Program-made: the position numbers and the translations under genes | Shown here: one piece after another, positions 20,645 to 29,605 of the stretch | Layout of the letters: each line of letters opens with the position of its first letter | Numbering within the stretch: position 1 is the first letter of the stretch | Assembly: GCA_963555815.3 (NCBI GenBank) | Contig: CAUVWX020000001.1 | Coordinates: 1,344,001-1,408,000 of the forward strand | Length of the DNA stretch: 64,000 nucleotides | Direction of reading: 5' to 3' | DNA from: a bacterium | GTDB taxonomy: Bacteria > UBA8248 > JACPRG01 > G963555815 | The notes under the pieces: model-generated | The model's input: the letters and a program-made list of their open reading frames with translations, nothing else | Told to the model about the DNA's origin: nothing | Database searches by the model: none

Positions 20645-21568
20645 ATGACCGGGCGAGTACAAGAGATCCTGGGGTGGTATGGAAGTGATAATCCGGGAAC
20701 GTTAACCAACCTTGCCCGGCTGATGAACCACGGCGTGCTGGCGGGCACGGGCAAAATGGTCATCCTGCCGGTGGACCAAGGTTTCGAACATGGTCCGGCG
20801 CGCAGTTTTGCGTCCAACCCGCCCGCCTACGACCCACAGTATCACTTTGGGCTCGCCGCTGAGTCTGGCTGCAATGGCTATGCCGCGCCCCTGGGTTTTT
20901 TGGAGGCGGGGGCGCGGGAGTTCGCAGGCGAAGTCCCGCTGATCCTCAAAGTGAACGATCACGACGCGCTCCTCGACGAGAAGGACCCCTGTCAGGCGTT
21001 GACCGGCAGCGTGGCGGATGCGCTCCGCCTGGGGTGTGTGGGGATCGGGTTCACCATTTACCCGGGCTCAGCACGCCGGATCGAGATGTATCAACAGATT
21101 CGCGCTTATGCGGAAGAGGCGAAGCGCTGCGGCTTGATCGTCGTAATCTGGTCTTATGCTCGGGGGTCGGGCCTGAGCAGACAGGGTGAGACGGCCATTG
21201 ACGTCGTTGGCTACGCCGCACATATCGCCGCGCAATTGGGGGCTCACATCGTCAAGGTTAAGCTGCCAGGCGCGAATGTTGAGCAAGAGGCGACGCGCAA
21301 AATCTATGAAAGAGAAAAAATTCCAATTGAGACGCTCGCGCAGCGGGTGCGTCATGTGGTGGAATGCACCTTTAATGGGAGGCGGATCGTCATCTTCTCC
21401 GGCGGGCCTCCTGAAACTGACGACGCACTATTAGAAGAAATCCGCGCTATCCGCGATGGCGGCGGATCCGGATCGATTATCGGGCGAAATTCGTTCCAGC
21501 GAAAGAAGGCCGATGCGCTTCGTTTGCTCGACAGCATCATGAAGATTTACGCTGGAGAAACGACATAG
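20645..21568 (+). CDS. fbaB: Class I fructose-bisphosphate aldolase (FbaB/DhnA type)
   Basis: ILPVDQGFEHGP, TIYPGS, AHIVKVK and IIGRNSFQR motifs. Confidence 0.92.
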   Translation: MTGRVQEILGWYGSDNPGTLTNLARLMNHGVLAGTGKMVILPVDQGFEHGPARSFASNPPAYDPQYHFGLAAESGCNGYAAPLGFLEAGAREFAGEVPLILKVNDHDALLDEKDPCQALTGSVADALRLGCVGIGFTIYPGSARRIEMYQQIRAYAEEAKRCGLIVVIWSYARGSGLSRQGETAIDVVGYAAHIAAQLGAHIVKVKLPGANVEQEATRKIYEREKIPIETLAQRVRHVVECTFNGRRIVIFSGGPPETDDALLEEIRAIRDGGGSGSIIGRNSFQRKKADALRLLDSIMKIYAGETT

Positions 21569-21610
21569 TCTTCCACGTCGGCGCAGGGGAGGCGTCGCTG
21601 GGTCGCAGCG

Positions 21611-22384
21611 ATGAAAGAAAATCCCATATTATCAGCAAAAGGCGAAATCCGAATCCTGGCAAACCCTGATGAATTGAACCGCAGGGCAGCAGAGGAATTT
21701 GTCTGTTTGTCGGGGGAAGCGGTACAGGCAAAAGGGTTTTTTACGGTCGCGCTCTCTGGCGGGGGGACGCCTAAGAGCCTCTACTCGCTCCTGGCAAGTG
21801 AAGGCGACTCATTTCGGTCGCGGGTGTCATGGGACAAGATTCATTTTTTTTGGGGTGATGAACGTCACGTTTCACCTGATCGTCCCGATAGCAACTACCG
21901 CATGGTACAAGAGGCCATGCTGTCAAAGGTGCCTGTTCCGCCAGAGCATATACATCGGATCAAAGGCGAGAATCCAAACGCCAGTGAGACGGCACAGGAG
22001 TATGAGCAAGAACTGCGCAAATTCTTCTGGTTGGGTGCAGGGCAATTGCCCCAGTTTGATTTGGTCCTGTTGGGGTTAGGCCCAGATGGGCACACCGCTT
22101 CTATCTTTCCTGGGACCGACGTCATCCTCGAGCAAAGACGCCATGTGGTCGCCTCCTGGGTCGAGAAGTTCAACGCCCATCGGGTCACGCTGACTCCCCC
22201 GGTGTTCAATAACGCTGCCTGCGTTATCGTTCTCGTCACTGGCGGAGAGAAAGCAGAAACGTTGCGGGCGGTCCTTCACGAGGAGTATCGGCCTGAACGC
22301 TTGCCAGCGCAGCTCATCCGCCCCACAAGAGGAAGGCTGCTCTGGCTGGTGGACCGTGAAGCGGCACGACTCCTGCCGCCTTAG
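21611..22384 (+). CDS. pgl: 6-phosphogluconolactonase
   Basis: ALSGGGTP, FWGDER, SNY and LLGLGPDGHTASIFP motifs. Confidence 0.95.
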   Translation: MKENPILSAKGEIRILANPDELNRRAAEEFVCLSGEAVQAKGFFTVALSGGGTPKSLYSLLASEGDSFRSRVSWDKIHFFWGDERHVSPDRPDSNYRMVQEAMLSKVPVPPEHIHRIKGENPNASETAQEYEQELRKFFWLGAGQLPQFDLVLLGLGPDGHTASIFPGTDVILEQRRHVVASWVEKFNAHRVTLTPPVFNNAACVIVLVTGGEKAETLRAVLHEEYRPERLPAQLIRPTRGRLLWLVDREAARLLPP

Positions 22385-23481
22385 GAGCTTTCGAAGAAAT
22401 GGAGGCCGCGGCAGGGAGTGCTCCTCAAGACAATCTGTTCATCAGGGACCTGGGACGGCCTTTCAACGGAGGGAGAGGCTGCGAGCGGTGGCAGGTTCAG
22501 GGCCCTCCGGAGTTCCCTCCGGAGTTCAGACCTGCGTCTTGCCACGAGCTCCCAGTTGGGCTGGAGGAGGGAAACGTCCGAGAGGGCGGGTAGACCCTCG
22601 GGGGGCGGGATGTCCGCCCGCGAGGGGTATATCCCCTTCAGGGCAAAGAGCTTCTGCACCTGGTCCGAGAGGAGAAATTCAAGGAGAATTTCTCCGGCCT
22701 TTGGATGCGGGCTCCCTTTGATAAGGGCGGCGGGGGCCGGAACCACAGGGACGCCCTCTTCAGGAAAAGTGAGAGAAAGGGGCTCCCCGCGTTGAAGGGC
22801 CCGCCAGGCCGCATCCCCCTCCACGGCAATGGCAGCACCCCGGTCTCCCTGGGCGACCAACGTGAGGGCTTGCGGAGAAACCTCCTTGACGAGGAGCTGG
22901 TTTTGCGCGAGCCCACGCAAAAAGTCCCACCCGTAGAGATTCACCGCCGTCATTGACCAGTAAAAAGAGGTGACGGAGCCCTCTGGGTCCGGGAGAACGA
23001 GGCGGTCTTTAAACCCCTCCAATTCGCGCCATGTCTTCGGGGCCTCCTTTTCTTCTCCCTGTGTCCGGTGGACGAGGAGGGCGGCCGTGGCCCGGGGGGC
23101 GATCCAGGAATTCTCGGCGTCCTTTAGCCAGGCGGGGACCTTGGCGGAGGTCTCAAGCTGGCGGGGGCGCAGGAGCCCCTCCTTTTTCAGTTCGAAGAAG
23201 GGCCCCGGATCGTTGAGGTGGAGGACGTCAGGGGGATTTTGCCGAAGTCTCGCCAGGACCTCCTGATTGCTTCCCAAGAAGGGGACGACCCGGATCCCGT
23301 GAGCCTCCTGGAAGGCCCGGCCGATCTCCTCCGCAAGCGCCTTGTCGAGATTGGCATAGAGAGTAACCTCTCCCTCCTCCTGTGCGCCTTGGAGGTCGAG
23401 GGAATCGGGGTGCGGGCCAAGGGCCACGGGTCCACAGCACCCCGCGAGAAAAAGAAAGAGGAGGCTTCGAATCTTCACCAC
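22381..23481 (-). CDS. ABC transporter extracellular solute-binding lipoprotein (Fe3+/polyamine-type SBP family)
   Basis: Lipobox-like LAGC, EEGEVTLY, PKTWREL, FPEEG, KGSPHP and FLLSDQVQ patterns. Confidence 0.8.
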   Translation of the reverse strand: MVKIRSLLFLFLAGCCGPVALGPHPDSLDLQGAQEEGEVTLYANLDKALAEEIGRAFQEAHGIRVVPFLGSNQEVLARLRQNPPDVLHLNDPGPFFELKKEGLLRPRQLETSAKVPAWLKDAENSWIAPRATAALLVHRTQGEEKEAPKTWRELEGFKDRLVLPDPEGSVTSFYWSMTAVNLYGWDFLRGLAQNQLLVKEVSPQALTLVAQGDRGAAIAVEGDAAWRALQRGEPLSLTFPEEGVPVVPAPAALIKGSPHPKAGEILLEFLLSDQVQKLFALKGIYPSRADIPPPEGLPALSDVSLLQPNWELVARRRSELRRELRRALNLPPLAASPSVERPSQVPDEQIVLRSTPCRGLHFFESS

Positions 23482-23682
23482 TATTGATTAACTCCCATCG
23501 GTGGAAATGTGACCTCTTGCTTGTGGACAAAGCATATCAAGAGATCCCCTGTCCGTCCAAAAGGATTTCTGCTTGGATTTGGAGGGCACACCCAGGGCCG
23601 CCGTGGTAAAATTTTCTCTGGAATAAATAAGCCTTTGGGAGGTTTTTCAGATAGGCCGAGTCGAAGCGAGAGGGAGGGTGTG

Positions 23683-23991
23683 ATGGCGGATTTTGTGAGC
23701 GTCTGTAAGGCCGAGGAGCTGGAGTCGGGAAAGGGTATGGTCGTGGACGTCGGAGGGACATCTGTCGCCCTCTTCAACGTGGGGGGGGCCTTCCACGCCA
23801 TTGACAATACCTGTCTTCACCGCCAAGGACCCCTTGGGGAGGGAGAGCTGGACGAGGCAATCGTGACCTGCCCCTGGCACGGCTGGCAGTATGACGTGAC
23901 GACAGGGAAAAACGTCATGAACGAGGACATCTGCGTTGCCAGATATGAGGCCAAGGTGGAAAACGGGCAGATCATGGTGAAGATGGGATAG
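23683..23991 (+). CDS. Rieske [2Fe-2S] ferredoxin
   Basis: CLHRQGPL…CPWHGWQY motif. ATG 23683 follows GGAGG. Confidence 0.9.
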   Translation: MADFVSVCKAEELESGKGMVVDVGGTSVALFNVGGAFHAIDNTCLHRQGPLGEGELDEAIVTCPWHGWQYDVTTGKNVMNEDICVARYEAKVENGQIMVKMG

Positions 23992-24164
23992 AAGGAGAAC
24001 GTGCTTTGACAAAGGGCCCCCATCCTGCCCTGAGAAGCCCCCCCTTTTTCGGTCGAAGGGTGCGCCAGTTTTTGCTATATTGTATGGACTTTAAATTTTC
24101 GGTTTTTATCTCCCTGCAGAGAGGGTTGCCCATTTTTGGGCCATGTGGATGAAGGAGAAATCTC

Positions 24165-25242
24165 ATGGGCGCGGGTATTGGAATTCGGCTGGGTGTCAAA
24201 GTCCTGGGGCTCCTCCTGCTGATCGGAGTCCTGGCTGACGGGCTTTCTGCGTAAGTACGGCCCGAGATCCATTGTCAGGGGTGGGGCCTCTTTTGAGACC
24301 AAGATCCAGCGCATCCGAGCCATCTCCCCGGAAGGGTCCACCTTTGACATCATCGCTTTTCGGTTGTGCGAGGCCGTCCAGAACGGACTCATCACGAAGG
24401 ACTTTTACGAGCAGGCTCTGCTGACCCGTCTCGCCCCTGAGGGCGGCGCGGCGATAGTGAAGTGGAACCTGAGCGGGGATGTCAATATCCAGGGCAAGAA
24501 CGCGGAGCACCTGGCCGATGTGGAGATCGAGCTGGGCTTTGAGCCGCCGCGGGTGACGACGACCTTCCCCGACGGCACATTTAGCTTTCGCATGAGGCCG
24601 GAAGATGCCGAACGGGCCATCGTCCTTCGGGCGCGAAAGGCGGGCTATCAGATGCATGTCGAGCGACTCCGCCTGCACCCCAACATGGCCGCTGTGAGCA
24701 TCTCCATGACACCCCTGGTGGACACCTTCACCGTGGGAGGGCGCATCGGCGATGAGGAGGGCCAGGAGCCCCTGGAGGGGGTCCTGGTTTTCCTGGAAAT
24801 TGAGCCTCCACTTGAGATGGTCACCCGAACGGACGGGGCCTTTCGGTTCGACGTGCCGCGAGACAGCCTGGAGAAGTTTGTCAGCGTCGAGGTCGACCGG
24901 AGAGGCTATCGGCCCCATGTCCAGGAGTTCAAGTTGCAGGAAGAGATGCCGCCCATTGTGATCCTGCTTCGGAAGGCCGTTTTCCCCGTGACAGGCCGCA
25001 TACGCTCCAGGGACACGGGGAGGGAGTTGGAGGGGGTCTAGGTGACATTGCAGGTGGAGCCTCGGATCGAAGCGGTCAGCCGCAGTAACGGCGCCTTTCG
25101 GCTCCTCATCCCGGACTCCCACGACGGGGCCTTTGCGACCCTTCGGGCCGAGAAGCCGGGGTATAGGCCCTACACCCTCGACGTAGAGCTTCTTAAGGAG
25201 GGGATTGCCCCCCTTGATTTGGAGATGACACCCGACTTTTAG
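24165..25242 (+). pseudogene. Membrane-anchored protein with repeated carboxypeptidase-regulatory-like (beta-sandwich) domains; frameshift near 24235 and in-frame TAG at 25039
   Basis: ATG 24165 after AAGGAG gives a hydrophobic N-terminus that continues in the +1 frame. Three repeats of the GRI…PLEGV.V…DGAFRF…KxGYRP type; the third repeat is split by TAG. Confidence 0.6.
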
Positions 25243-25263
25243 GCGGAAAAGGGAGATAGTCTC

Positions 25264-28200
25264 ATGAAGTCTCGGGTTTTCTCTATCCTTGTCCTGAGTC
25301 TGCTCTTTGTCTTCGCCGAAGTGTCCTTGGGCCAGGCCTATCAGGGACTGGAGGGCACGGAGGCGGAGGAAGAAGAGGGCACCCTAGCCCCCCTGGCCCC
25401 GCTGGGCGAGGAGGAGGAGGGGTTCAAGTTTCAGGAAAGGGAGGGATTAGAGGAGGAGTCCGGGGAGGTCAGAAGGCCCGAGTACATCCCCGAGGCCCCC
25501 ACGGGGGACATCTATCCCGTGACGGTGGAGGCCCTGAAGGGGGGTGCAGGAGAGGCCCTTGTCAATCAGCAGGTCCTCCTCAAGGTTTATTTCGGCAAAC
25601 GGGGCTCCCTCGAGGCGAAGCGCTATGGGTTGAAAGGGAAGTATCACCACTTCACTGTTCGCAATCGCAATCTGGATGTCCTCGGCCGCGTCTGGATTCC
25701 TGAGGGAAAGGAAGAGATCCTCGGGAAGCTCCGCCGGGGAACCCAGATCACGATCCTGGCCCGAGTCCATGACGTCACAACGCTTCTAAGAGAGCCCGTC
25801 CTTGACGTTTCCGACATAAGGCGTGGATGGAACTGGAGGGCAGAAGACTTCCTGCTGGGGGGAGAAGAAGTCGTTGCGGCACCTTCGCCGACTCCGCCGA
25901 CAGAAGGCGCTCCCTCGGAAGAGGCCCTTCCACCGGGTGTTCTTGCCATCGGTTCCCGTCCCGGCGGGGCGGACCTCTTTATCAACGGCGAGGATAAGGG
26001 CAAAACTTGGGAGGGCGGTCTGCGGGATTTCGAGCTTCCTCCCGGCGCTTACATCATTGCCCTCCACAAGGATGGTTATCATTCCTTTCGCTTTCGATAT
26101 GAACTCGAACCCGAGCAGCGACGCGAGATCCGACCCGAGCTAGAGCTTTTGCGGGAGGAGGCCCCGCCCGTCGCTCGTACGATCACGGTTCCCAACGTCG
26201 TGGGTCTGTCGTTAGAGGTCGCCCAAAATGTTCTGGGCGAGGCAGGGTTTCGGGGAGCGGAGGCTGGCACGGCTCTCACCACAGACCCGGGTCAGGTGAA
26301 CAACGTGGTGAGCCAGAGTCCGGTGGGAGAGACTCAAGCGCCTTCGGGTAGCGATGTGAGCCTCGTCATCGGTCACAGCGAAGGCCCGCCGTCCCAAACT
26401 CCGCCCTCGCGCAAGGTCATGGTCCCCGACGTGGTGGGGAAGTCCCTCGAAGACGCCCAGGCTGCCTTGGGCGAGGCGGGGCTTGACGCGAAGGTGGTGG
26501 GCCACCAGGACACGTCAGATCCCGCCCTTCAGGACCAGGTGGTGCATCAGGCTCCCCCGGGGGGGACTGAGTTGCCCCGTGGGAACCATGTGAACCTCAG
26601 GCTCTATCGCATTGCCGCGGCCCCGCCGTTCCAAACTCCGCCCTCGCGCAAGGTCATGGTCCCCGACGTGGTGGGGAAGTCCCTCGAAGACGCCCAGGTT
26701 GCCCTGGGTCAGGCGGGGCTTGACGCGAAGGTGGTGGGCCACCAGGACACACCGGACCCCGCCCTTCAGGACCAGGTAATGCATCAGGCTCCTCCGGGGG
26801 GGACTGAGTTGCCTGAGGGGAACCATGTGAACCTCAGGCTCTATCGCTTTGCCACGGCCCAGCTTGTAGATGTCCATCGGTGGTTCCATCCCAGGAGCGG
26901 GGACCACTTCTACACCACCGACCCGAGCGGAGAACTCGCCTCTCGATCTGGCTATACCAGTGAGGGGATCGGCTTTAAGCTCTGGCGCTCGGAGGTCGGA
27001 GACAGCACCCAGCTTTACCGCTGGTTCAACCCCGGGACCGGAGACCATTTCTATACGACAGACCCGACAGGGGAGCTCGCGCCTCAGTCCGGCTACCAGG
27101 CCGAAGGGGTGCTCGCCTGGATTTTGAAGAGTGAGGCGCCAGGGACTGTTCCCCTTCGTCGGTGGTTTCATCCTGGGAGCGGCGACCATTTTTACACGAC
27201 CGATCCCAGTGGAGAACTCGCCCCTCGCTCTGGCTACACCAATGAGGGCGTGACGGGCTACGTCATGCCAGGGGGAGGCGCAGCGCCCCGTCCCGAGCCG
27301 ACCCTCCTCCCGGTCCCCAATGTCCAGAATGACCCACTTGAAGTGGCCAAGGGCAAGTTGCGCGAGGCGGGGCTTGAGGCGAAGGTGGTAGGGAACCAGG
27401 GGACACGCGATGCCGCCCTCAAGGATCGCGTGGCGGTTCAGGCGCCTGGGGCAGGGGCCCGGGTGTCCCGCGGAAGCGTAGTGGACCTCACGCTTTACAG
27501 CTTGATCACGCCCCCACCGCGAGAGTCGCCGCCCGGGCTCAGCTGGACCCCTGGGGCCTCTATGCCCACCCCGCGGTTTTCCCCCCACGCCGCAACGATC
27601 GATGGGCTTCTTTATGTCGTAGGGGGCCACGATGGTAGGGCGGACACGCCTGTGCTGGAGGCGTACAACCCGTCAACGGCGACGTGGAAGAGTTTGGCCT
27701 CCCTGCCTAGAGCGGGTTCTGGCAACCTGGGTCGGTATGGCGGCGTGATTGGGGTGATTAACGACAAGATCTATCTGGTGGGCGGGTGGCGCATTTCCCC
27801 CCCCCTTCCCACGGGCACACTGCATATCTACGACCCGAAGGCGAATAGCTGGACCCGAGGGGCCTCCATCCCGGTCCCGTCCTCTCGACTCAGCGCTTGC
27901 TCCGCCGGTGGGGTGATCGGCGGGAAGCTCTATGTCCTGACGGCCTGCAATGGTCACAGCGGCTTTTTCAAATTCTTCCATGTCTATGACCCCGGTCAGA
28001 ACAGATGGACCCAACTTCGCGATGCGCCCAATATCCACGCCGATGCGGCTGCAGGGGTCATCGGTGGGAAGCTCTACGTGGCGGGTGGTGGCATATGGGG
28101 TAACCCCTCGGCCACACTCGACGTCTATGACCCTGGGACAAATAACTGGACCACCAAGACCTCTATGCCCACGGCCCGCAACGGGATGGCCGGCGGGGTT

Positions 28201-28461
28201 ATCGATGGGAAGCTCTACGTGGCGGGGGGCGCTGATAAAAACAACAACAGACTGAACACGGTGGAGGTGTACGATCCAACCAGCGATACCTGGACCACCC
28301 ATCCCTCCATGCCCACGGCCCGCTCAGCGGTGACTGCCGCGGTCATCAATGACCAGCTCTATGTCGTGGGGGGCCATGATGGCACGAGACCCGTGGGCGG
28401 GATGGAAATTCTCGGTCGCCCCGGCGTCGTCCTCCCGCGGGTGCCGGGCCGGCTCCGTTAG
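25264..28461 (+). CDS. Secreted multidomain protein: acidic linker, putative OB-like domain, PEGA, 4 PASTA, 3 DUF5648-like repeats, 6 Kelch repeats
   Basis: Signal peptide; GVLAIGSRPGGADLFING (PEGA); VP(N/D)VVG.SLE.A…L..AG (PASTA); WF.P..GDHFYTTDP.GELA x3; MPT.R…A.I.G.LYV.GG…..YDP (Kelch). Confidence 0.85.
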   Translation: MKSRVFSILVLSLLFVFAEVSLGQAYQGLEGTEAEEEEGTLAPLAPLGEEEEGFKFQEREGLEEESGEVRRPEYIPEAPTGDIYPVTVEALKGGAGEALVNQQVLLKVYFGKRGSLEAKRYGLKGKYHHFTVRNRNLDVLGRVWIPEGKEEILGKLRRGTQITILARVHDVTTLLREPVLDVSDIRRGWNWRAEDFLLGGEEVVAAPSPTPPTEGAPSEEALPPGVLAIGSRPGGADLFINGEDKGKTWEGGLRDFELPPGAYIIALHKDGYHSFRFRYELEPEQRREIRPELELLREEAPPVARTITVPNVVGLSLEVAQNVLGEAGFRGAEAGTALTTDPGQVNNVVSQSPVGETQAPSGSDVSLVIGHSEGPPSQTPPSRKVMVPDVVGKSLEDAQAALGEAGLDAKVVGHQDTSDPALQDQVVHQAPPGGTELPRGNHVNLRLYRIAAAPPFQTPPSRKVMVPDVVGKSLEDAQVALGQAGLDAKVVGHQDTPDPALQDQVMHQAPPGGTELPEGNHVNLRLYRFATAQLVDVHRWFHPRSGDHFYTTDPSGELASRSGYTSEGIGFKLWRSEVGDSTQLYRWFNPGTGDHFYTTDPTGELAPQSGYQAEGVLAWILKSEAPGTVPLRRWFHPGSGDHFYTTDPSGELAPRSGYTNEGVTGYVMPGGGAAPRPEPTLLPVPNVQNDPLEVAKGKLREAGLEAKVVGNQGTRDAALKDRVAVQAPGAGARVSRGSVVDLTLYSLITPPPRESPPGLSWTPGASMPTPRFSPHAATIDGLLYVVGGHDGRADTPVLEAYNPSTATWKSLASLPRAGSGNLGRYGGVIGVINDKIYLVGGWRISPPLPTGTLHIYDPKANSWTRGASIPVPSSRLSACSAGGVIGGKLYVLTACNGHSGFFKFFHVYDPGQNRWTQLRDAPNIHADAAAGVIGGKLYVAGGGIWGNPSATLDVYDPGTNNWTTKTSMPTARNGMAGGVIDGKLYVAGGADKNNNRLNTVEVYDPTSDTWTTHPSMPTARSAVTAAVINDQLYVVGGHDGTRPVGGMEILGRPGVVLPRVPGRLR
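26386..26850 (+). repeat. Near-identical 237-bp tandem duplication encoding PASTA domains 2 and 3
   Basis: CAAACTCCGCCCTCGCGCAAGGTCATGGTCCCCGACGTGGTGGGGAAGTCCCTCGAAGACGCCCAG occurs at 26395 and 26632. Confidence 0.9.
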
Positions 28462-28543
28462 TCTCACAGTCCCTGGGTGTGCAGTGGGAGGGGCTAAGGA
28501 ACAGTCTTTTCTGAAGGTGGGATAGCGGATTTAGAAACGTCTT

Positions 28544-29560
28544 TTACGGTTTGATAATTACCTTAATAGATTCCTTGGCGTCGGCGACGAGCTGAAATCC
28601 CGTCTGTATCTCTTCCAGGCTCAATCGATGCGTGATCATGTCCCTCACGTTCACCCGCCGGGAACGAATGAGTTCTATCGATTCCTCAAGATCGACCGGC
28701 GCAGCGCCGTAAGTTGACACCAAAGTGATTTGATCATTCCAGAGGTGGTTTAAATGGACAGGCGTTTCAACCCCTGGGCTTGGGGGTGCGAAAAGTTGGA
28801 CCACGCCTCCCCTGTCAGCGCAATTTAACGCCTGATCAACAGCCGACACAGCGCCAGTGCAAACGATGATCCGGTCCGCCAGCCTGTCGCCGTTTACCTG
28901 ACGCAGATATCCCGGCACATTTTCGGCCGCGTGCACCACGTCTGCCCCGAATTTTTTGGCGGCGTTCAGCCGGCTCTCGTTAATATCCGTTGCAATCACC
29001 TTTTTGGCCCCCGCCGCGATGGCCAATTGAATGTGCAACAGGCCGGAAATCCCGCTTCCGATGATCAACACGCTGTGACCGGGCTCCAGTCTTGCCAGCC
29101 TTTGCCCGCGCACCACACAGCCCAGTGGCTCAATGAACACGCCGTCTTCATAAGACAATTCGTCCGGTAAAACATACACACCTCTGTCGACGTTTATTTC
29201 CGGTATGCGTATATGCTCTGAAAAGCCACCGGGGTCGAAATTTGTCCGGTGCAAAGTGTCACAGGCCGTGTGGTGGCCATCCGAGCAATATTTGCACGTG
29301 AGGCATGGGACATGATGTGAGACAAAGACTCTGTCGCCGATTTTGTATCCTTTTACTTTCTCCCCAACCTCGACGATTTCCCCCGTGATTTCGTGGCCCA
29401 GCACCCTGGGGGCCGTTTTCACCCGGTACCACTCCATCACGTCACTGCCGCAGATCCCGCTGGCAGCCACCTTGACCAACAACTCGCCGGGTTCGATTTT
29501 AGGCATGGGAATCTCTTCGACGCGGACGTCGCTATTGCTGTAATACATGCCTACGCGCAT
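28544..29560 (-). CDS. Zn-dependent medium-chain (sugar-alcohol) dehydrogenase
   Basis: GICGSD, LGHE, CLTCKYC…C and GSGISG motifs. Confidence 0.9.
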   Translation of the reverse strand: MRVGMYYSNSDVRVEEIPMPKIEPGELLVKVAASGICGSDVMEWYRVKTAPRVLGHEITGEIVEVGEKVKGYKIGDRVFVSHHVPCLTCKYCSDGHHTACDTLHRTNFDPGGFSEHIRIPEINVDRGVYVLPDELSYEDGVFIEPLGCVVRGQRLARLEPGHSVLIIGSGISGLLHIQLAIAAGAKKVIATDINESRLNAAKKFGADVVHAAENVPGYLRQVNGDRLADRIIVCTGAVSAVDQALNCADRGGVVQLFAPPSPGVETPVHLNHLWNDQITLVSTYGAAPVDLEESIELIRSRRVNVRDMITHRLSLEEIQTGFQLVADAKESIKVIIKP

Positions 29561-29605
29561 CGTGATGGCCCGGAATTTCTTAATGCAACTTGGCCGTTGG
29601 GGGTC

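Noticed and set aside
26870..27270. Regularly spaced GACCA(C/T)TT(C/T)TACAC repeats resembling a CRISPR array
   Set aside because: They are in-frame protein repeats (GDHFYTTDP) with synonymous variation; there are no unique spacers and no cas genes.
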